Positions 57,221 to 64,000 of a DNA stretch of 64,000 nt are shown piece by piece. The number at the start of each line of letters is the position of its first letter. The first letter of the stretch is position 1. Source of the stretch: Eledone cirrhosa (taxonomy: Eukaryota); NCBI GenBank assembly GCA_964016885.1, contig OZ024740.1, positions 98,208,001 through 98,272,000 on the forward strand, read 5' to 3'. The position numbers and the translations under genes are program-made. The notes below the pieces were generated by a model. The model was not told the DNA's origin and did no database searches. It worked only from the letters and a program-made list of their open reading frames with translations.

Positions 57221-57929
57221 ATCAAATATTCATTTTATATCAAATTATCATTTTATTAAAAATCCTTTAATTGCTGTATGCTAAGCAAATCATATAATGC
57301 ATATGATTTTACCTCTCTAATTGTTTTAAATTTTCTTTTTCTGCATTGTATATTTTATTTTACAGCACATCATGCATAATACTTTGAGGCAAGATACATT
57401 CTACACGGATGGCTATCTTTTCCAATCAAACAGAGTTCGTGTGCACCGAACACCATATAATACACTACTATAGTTTCAGAAGAAAATCAAGATTAATTCT
57501 AATAAGCCATGTAAAACACACAACATATTCTATTTGTCATATAAATTCTTAAAAGAAATACGGACATTATTAAAGTATGATAAATGTCTTATAAGTTTTA
57601 ATAGCTAACACTTTTTCTATTAAAATGAAAAATACAAATAAACCTATACATATAATTTATTTAGTATTAACCATTTTGTCACAAAACTGTCCTTGCTTCT
57701 ATGATAAAACATTTTGTTTAACGTATGTATATTTATCTAAAAACCTTCATCATTGTGTCACATATGAATCTTTGATAAGCTAGATTGATTATGAAGAATA
57801 CATTCCAAAATCTTGATGATTTAAAAAATTATGTTAATGTAAGTGTTAAATATCCACTTAAACATTCAGAACCTATTTACAAATTAAATTTCCAAAATGC
57901 TTTTGTCCCAATAGCTGAAAAAAAGATCT

Positions 57930-57985
<56 letters not shown>

Positions 57986-57986
<1 letters not shown>

Positions 57987-59975
57987 CCTTCGGAAATAGT
58001 TGCTGAGATGCTGAAGGCATCTGGCACGGTGGGACACACCATGGTCACCCGGATAGTTAACCAAGTCGTACAGAATGGGGTTGTTCCGAAGGACTGGCAT
58101 AGCAGCATCACCGTTAACTGTTATAAGGGTAAAGGAGATGCCCTAGATAGGAGTAACTATAGAGGCATTAAATTAATCGACCAGGTCATGAAGGTCACGG
58201 AAAAAGTAATAGCGCAACTAATCAGAGAGAGAATTGACCTAGATGAAATGCAGTTCGGGTTTGTGTCAGGCAAAAGTACCACAGACGCTCTTTTCATTGT
58301 ACGACAACTACAGGAGAAGTACCTAGCTAAAGGTAAACCCCTCTACTTAGCTTTTGTCGACTTGGAGAAAGCCTTGGATAGAGTCCCCCGTTCCATTATC
58401 TGGTGGGCTCTTAGAAAACTAGGTGTCGACGAATGGCTTGTGAGAGCTATACAAGCCATGTATAAAGAAACAGTCAGCAAGGTTAGAATTAACAACGAAT
58501 ATAGTGAAGAGTTTTGCGTAAAAGTTGGCGTCCATCAGGGCTCTGTTCTCAGCCCCCTACTATTTATTATTGCCCTTCAGGCTATAACAGAGGAGTTCAA
58601 GACCGGTTGCCCATGGGAACTCCTATACGCAGACGACCTGACACTCATAGCTGAATCAATTGCCGAGCTAGAGAAGAAATTCCAAACATGGAAGCACGGC
58701 CTAGAATCAAAAGGCCTTAAAATTAACCTGGCTAAGACTAAAGTTCTAGTTTGTAGGAAAGAAAATAAGGCGGCGGTCCCTTCCGGGAAATGGTCATGCT
58801 CAGTGTGTAGGAAAGGCGTAGGTAGAAACTCCATTTTATGTCCCAAATGCAAAGTATGGGTGCATAAAAGATGTAGTGGGATCACAGGTAAGCTAACTAA
58901 GAACATAGATTTTACATGTGGCCGGTGCTCTGGTGCAATAAGTAGCAGCAAGTGCCCACTAAATACTAGCTCTTACAACTGCGCAGAGGGCTCTATAGAA
59001 ATAGTGGACAGCTTCCGTTACCTGGGTGACAAAATCAGCAGTGGGGGAGGGTGCTCTGAAAGTACAGTAGCTAGAGTCAGAACTGGATGGAAAAAGTTCA
59101 GAGAGCTTATACCACTATTAGCCGCTAAAGGGTTCTCCCTAAAAATGAAAGGCAGTTTGTATGATGCCTGCATACGAACAGCAATGTTGCATGGCAGTGA
59201 GACCTGGGCATTGTGTGCAGAGGATATACGCAGACTAGAGAGGAACGAAGTTTGCATGCTCCGCTGGATGTGTAATAGTAATATACGTGAACGGCAAAGC
59301 ATAAACGAACTAAGAAAACAATTAGAAATAAGAGGGATCAGATGTTGTTTACTCGAGAGAAGGCTACGTTGGTATGGACACGTGATGCGCATGAAAGTAG
59401 ATAGCTGTATAACAAAGTGCAGGGCAATAAAGATAGACGGTAGCCACGGAATAGGCAGACCTAGAAAAACCTGGGACGAGCTGATAAACTCCGACATCAC
59501 ACACTTACACCTCTCCAAGACAATGTCACTGGACCGAGACCTTTGGCGGTACTCAGTAATAGAGAAGACCCGCCTTACCTAAATACATAGTAAAACCTAC
59601 TACAGCCAGTAGGCATCTCTAACAAAATACACCCCGTCCCACCACCACCACCCCATCCACACCACCCCCTTCTATGTAAAGTTATGTTAGTGCCACACCA
59701 TCCAGGCCGAAACAAATGAGATCTTGTAGGTGTCACGACAAAAAAACACACAGTCCACGCTGTAATGTGGCCGTGTAGGCAACACGGTAAAAACCTCCCA
59801 GACCCACACTGTAAATGTGGTTGGTGTTAGGAAGGGCATCCAACTGTAGAAAACATGCCAGACAGTCCTATGCGAGCAAGATAATCACTCTTGCCTCAAG
59901 TGGGAATACCCCCGTCCAAACCCATGCAAGCGTGGAACACGGACGTTAAACGTTGATGATGATGATGATGATGAT
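57986..59975 (+). mobile_element. RTE LINE, 5'-truncated, ~2 kb, young
   Basis: 524-aa open frame, 3' UTR, (GAT)n tail. Confidence 0.95.
58008..59582 (+). CDS. RTE ORF2 C-terminal half: reverse transcriptase with PHD-like insertion (AP endonuclease missing)
   Basis: QFGF, DLEKA.D, GVHQGSVLSPLLF, YADD, YLG, WYGHV, GRPRKTW; expression not shown. Confidence 0.85.
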   Translation: MLKASGTVGHTMVTRIVNQVVQNGVVPKDWHSSITVNCYKGKGDALDRSNYRGIKLIDQVMKVTEKVIAQLIRERIDLDEMQFGFVSGKSTTDALFIVRQLQEKYLAKGKPLYLAFVDLEKALDRVPRSIIWWALRKLGVDEWLVRAIQAMYKETVSKVRINNEYSEEFCVKVGVHQGSVLSPLLFIIALQAITEEFKTGCPWELLYADDLTLIAESIAELEKKFQTWKHGLESKGLKINLAKTKVLVCRKENKAAVPSGKWSCSVCRKGVGRNSILCPKCKVWVHKRCSGITGKLTKNIDFTCGRCSGAISSSKCPLNTSSYNCAEGSIEIVDSFRYLGDKISSGGGCSESTVARVRTGWKKFRELIPLLAAKGFSLKMKGSLYDACIRTAMLHGSETWALCAEDIRRLERNEVCMLRWMCNSNIRERQSINELRKQLEIRGIRCCLLERRLRWYGHVMRMKVDSCITKCRAIKIDGSHGIGRPRKTWDELINSDITHLHLSKTMSLDRDLWRYSVIEKTRLT

Positions 59976-59997
59976 ATATAAATTAGATTTTTTTAAA

Positions 59998-61470
59998 ATC
60001 TGGTGGGCTCTTAGAAAACTAGGAGTAGGTGAATGTACAAGCTATGTATAGGGGAGCAGTAGGCAAAGTTAGAGTTAGCAGCGACTATAGCAAGGAATTT
60101 AGCATACAGGTCGGTGTCCACCAGAGCTCTGTTCTTAGTCCTCTCATGTTAATTATAGTTTTGCAGGCAATAATAGAGGAGTTTAAGACTGGATGCTCAT
60201 GGGGACTCCTAAATGCGGATGATCTCACACGTATAGCTGAATCTATTGTGGAACTAGAGAAGAATTCGAAATATAGAAGCAGGAACTAGAAAGAAACGGT
60301 CTCAAAGTCAACTTGACAAAGACTAAGGTCCTCGTAAGTAGACAAGAAAACAGAACCCAGATCCCCTCAGGGAAATGGCCTTGCTCAGTATGTAGGAAAG
60401 GTATAGGTAGGAATTCCATCCTCTGCCCCAAATGCAAACAATGGGTACACAAGAGATGTAGTGGGATCTCCGGAAGCTTAGCTAAGAGTGTAGGCTTCAG
60501 ATATAGCATCTGTGCTGGGACAGCAAGCAGCAAACGGAAACAAGCACCACCAAACTTTGGGAGGGCTCTGTAGAAACAGTAGACAGCTTCTGCTAACTAG
60601 GTGACTGACTTAGCAGCAGAGGTTGGTGTTCGGAAATTACAGTAACTATGGTAAGAACGGGATGGAAGAAGTTCAGGGAGCTACTGTTACTGCTAGCTGC
60701 AAAAGGCTTTTCCCTCGAAATGAAAGGCGGACTGTATGATGCGTGCATATGAACAGCAATGTCACATAGTAGTGAGACCTGGGCGCTGTCTGTAGAAGAC
60801 CTGCGTAGGTTAGAAAGAAACAAAGCTTGCATGCTCCGATGGATGTGTAATAGTAATATACGCGAACAGCAAAGCATAAACGAATTGAGAGAGAGACTGA
60901 GCATAAGAGGAATCAAATGATGTGTGCAGGAGAGGAGGATGCGTTGGTATGGGCATGTGATGCGTATAAAGGATGATAGCTGCATAAAAAGGTGCAGAGC
61001 ACTAGAAGTCGATGGAAGCCGCAGAGTGCAGAGACCCAAGAAGATGTGGGATGAGGTGATAAAAGCCGACCTTACTCAATTGCACCTCTCAAAGGTAATG
61101 GCACACGACCATGACCTCTGGCGTCACACAGTAATACAGAAGACCCGACTCCCAACGGGTACAAGCTGAAGCTGAAGCATATAGACAATGTGCCCCCACC
61201 CCCTCCCACTGCAAATTGCCACGGAATAATAGCACCCAGCCCACACTGTAAAGTGTATGTGTAGGCGCCATGGACATAAAGCACCCAGCACTCACTGTAA
61301 ATGAGGTTGGTGTTAGGAAGGGCATGCAGCTGTAGAAATCAATCCCAAATCAGTTCCAGTATGAGCAAGACAAGGTCAGCCGACCGGACACTGCCCACAA
61401 CAGGAAAACCTGTCTAACCCATGCTAGCGTGGAAGAACGCACGTAAAACGGTGATGATGATGATGATGAA
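59998..61470 (+). mobile_element. Degenerate RTE LINE 3' half with tail
   Basis: ORFs 60029, 60313 and 60924 are RT pieces; tail and (GAT)n at 61290-61470. Confidence 0.9.
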
Positions 61471-61700
61471 GATATACATACATATATATAATCAAAGTAA
61501 AGAATTGTTGGTACACCAATTAATCAACTGACTGTGTGTAAACAGACATAAAGTGCTCCACTATATAGGTCCTTTAATGTATTATCAATAAGGTATCAGA
61601 CGCTGTGTCAATATTATATAGAAGGGAGACTGGTTCAAGTATAAATCCTCTGTTTATTGTATGTTGGCATATCTAAAACAAAAGCATTACAACATAACAC

Positions 61701-61769
61701 CTGCCTGATGAAAACACTTCAAATGGTTATTATGCAATCAATTTGATGTTTTTGAAATACATATAACAG
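61701..61769 (+). ncRNA. Degenerate HHR related to 2392/24910
   Basis: ctgc CTGATGA aaaca...tgttttt GAAA tacata TA acag. Confidence 0.45.
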
Positions 61770-61914
61770 AATTATATAACAAACAGTGGATATATACTTA
61801 AATATGTCTCTCTTCTTTATAATATATATTTATATATAATAATAATAATAATAATAATGAAATTATTGTGTAAAGTGCTCAGGTGCAGTACTACTCGTCA
61901 AAGGTGATTGTATA

Positions 61915-64000
61915 TCATCATCTTCATCATCATCATCATTTTACTTCCGCATTTCCCTGCTTGCAAGGCATGAGTGTTATTCAGCACAACATCACTCCGC
62001 TTGTCACCTCCACCGTGAGCTTCAGCGATTTGAGGTCTGTTCTCACCACCTCTGCCCATGTTTTTCCTGGTCTACCTCTAACATGTCTTCCTACAACTGG
62101 CACTTCCTCAGCCATTGATCATCCTCCATGTGCACCACATGTCCATACCATCTCTGTCTCCTCTCTCGCACACTACATTCTATCCCTCTCAGACACAGTT
62201 TCTCTCTCAACACAGTCATGCTGGGTCGTTCACGGACATTGACATTGCATATCCAACGGAGCAAGTTTGCCTCATTTCTCTCCAGCCGTCGCATATCCTC
62301 TGCAGTTGCTGCCCATGTCTCACAACCATGGAGCATCGCGCTCCTCACACAGGCATCATATAACCGGCCTTTCGTACGCAGGGAGAAACCCTTCTTCGTC
62401 AGCAGAGGAAGCAGCTCCCTAAACTTCTTCCAACCTGTCCTTATTCTAGATACTATGGTCTCGGAACACCTCCCTCCGATGCTAATCTGATCTCTTAGGT
62501 ACCGGAAATTATCCACCACTTCCATAGCAGCTGCCTGCATTTGAAAAATGTGTCTATCAATGGGACTTCTACTGTCTAATTTCCCTGTACATCTACTGCA
62601 TACGTATTTCTCCCTACCTGTTAGTTTGCCTGCTATCCCACTACATGTCTTGTGTACCCAGGATCTGCATTGTGTGCACTTTATAGAATTTATGCCAGTT
62701 CCTTTTCTGCATATCGAACATAGCCATTTCCCTGACGGAATCAGAGTTTTGTCCTCTTTTCTACTCATCAACACTTTTGTCTTAGCTAGGTTCACTTTCA
62801 GTCCTCTTGCATCCAACTGCTGTTTACATAGCCAGAATTTATTCTCTAGCTCCTCTACTGATTCTGCTATAAGAACCAGATGGTCAGCATAGAGAAGTTC
62901 CCATGGACAGCCAGTCTTAAACTCCTCTGTTATGGCTTGGAGGACTATAATGAACAAGAGCGAGCTGAGGAACGAACCTTAATGTACTCCTACTTGAATA
63001 TGGAATTCCTCACTAAACTCCATTCCTACCCTCACTTTACTGACAGCACTTCTGTAAAAAGTTTGCACTGTCCTCACAAGCCATTCCTCAACACCTAGTT
63101 TCCTTAGGGACCACCAGATGACAGATCGAGGTACCCTATCAAAGGCTAAGTATAGTGGCTTATTCTTCTCTAAGAACCTCTTTTATAATTGTCTCACCAA
63201 GAAGAGGGCATCTGTTGTACTCTCCCAGGCACAAAAACAAACTGCATCTCATCTAGTTTGAACCTTTCTCTAATTAGTTGTGCTAATATCCTTTCTGCCA
63301 CTTTCATAACCTGATCCATCAGTTTTATACGCCTACAATTGCTCCAGAGCATCACTTTTACCTTTGTAGCAATTTATGAGAATACTGCTGCACCAGTCTT
63401 TGGGTATGACACCACCATATATAGCCTGATTGATGATGCGTGCAACCAGTTTAGTGCCTACGTCCCCTGATGCCTTTAGCATCTCAGCAACTATCCCCAC
63501 GGTCCAGCAGTCTTGCCATCTTTCATTTCCTTAATCGCCCCTTGGACGCTATATTCGTCACTCTCAATAGCTGGTCCCTCTGTCGGATCTACTGAGGGTA
63601 ATTTCTCTCTCTCTCCCATTCGTTCTCCACATTCATCAGTCTCTCATAATAACATTTCCAGGCTTCCTTTTTCTGATCATTCGTGACACTAAGTACACCG
63701 GCATCATTCTGGACACATTTATCTCCAACAACATCCTGATTTGCATTGACACACTGCCTTGCAATGTGGAACACCGCACGCCTCTGATCTTCCCGTCGCA
63801 GATCATTGGCAAACCTCCTACTCTCAGCCTCCCTGCGTGCTAAGTACACCTGACGTCTAGCTTCTCTCTTAGTGGCTGTATATTCTTCCCTACTCCCACC
63901 CTTTTTCCAAGCCTTCCATGCTAGTCTTTTGTCTCTAATGGCCTTATGTACTGTGCTGTTCCACCACCAGGTCACTCTCTGTCTGGTTGGAGCTCTGGTC
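61915..64000 (-). mobile_element. RTE LINE (second subfamily), degenerate, runs off the window
   Basis: ORFs 62091..62957 and 63589..63975; (GAT)n tail at 61915-61937. Confidence 0.9.

Overview
AT-rich, repeat-saturated eukaryotic non-genic DNA. The tRNA-derived and CORE-type SINEs, RTE LINEs with (GAT)n tails and very dense (TA)n suggest a cephalopod/octopus genome (inference). No host protein-coding gene, rRNA or true tRNA gene was recognisable, and most listed ORFs are microsatellite or antisense artefacts. The window holds: (i) about a dozen RTE-clade LINE fragments, two with long open RT frames carrying an internal C4HC3 PHD-like finger; (ii) tRNA-head SINEs sharing the RTE 3' tail; (iii) CR1-like, CRE-like and hAT remnants; (iv) a dense set of Penelope-like element (PLE) derivatives, mostly sitting in (TA)n. 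The PLEs have a GIY-YIG endonuclease with Hydra-clade-like CxCx5Cx5C, KW, CxxC and RxE motifs. They come with about 20 hand-folded type I hammerhead ribozyme (HHR) motifs from at least 11 sequence families. Highlights: a non-coding ~430-bp HHR tandem unit (retrozyme-like); a 541-nt segment bracketed by two HHRs; U3-A8 core variants; and a recurring fold-back insertion architecture with two fixed, family-specific 3' ends. All folds and alignments were done by eye, and boundaries of degenerate elements are approximate.
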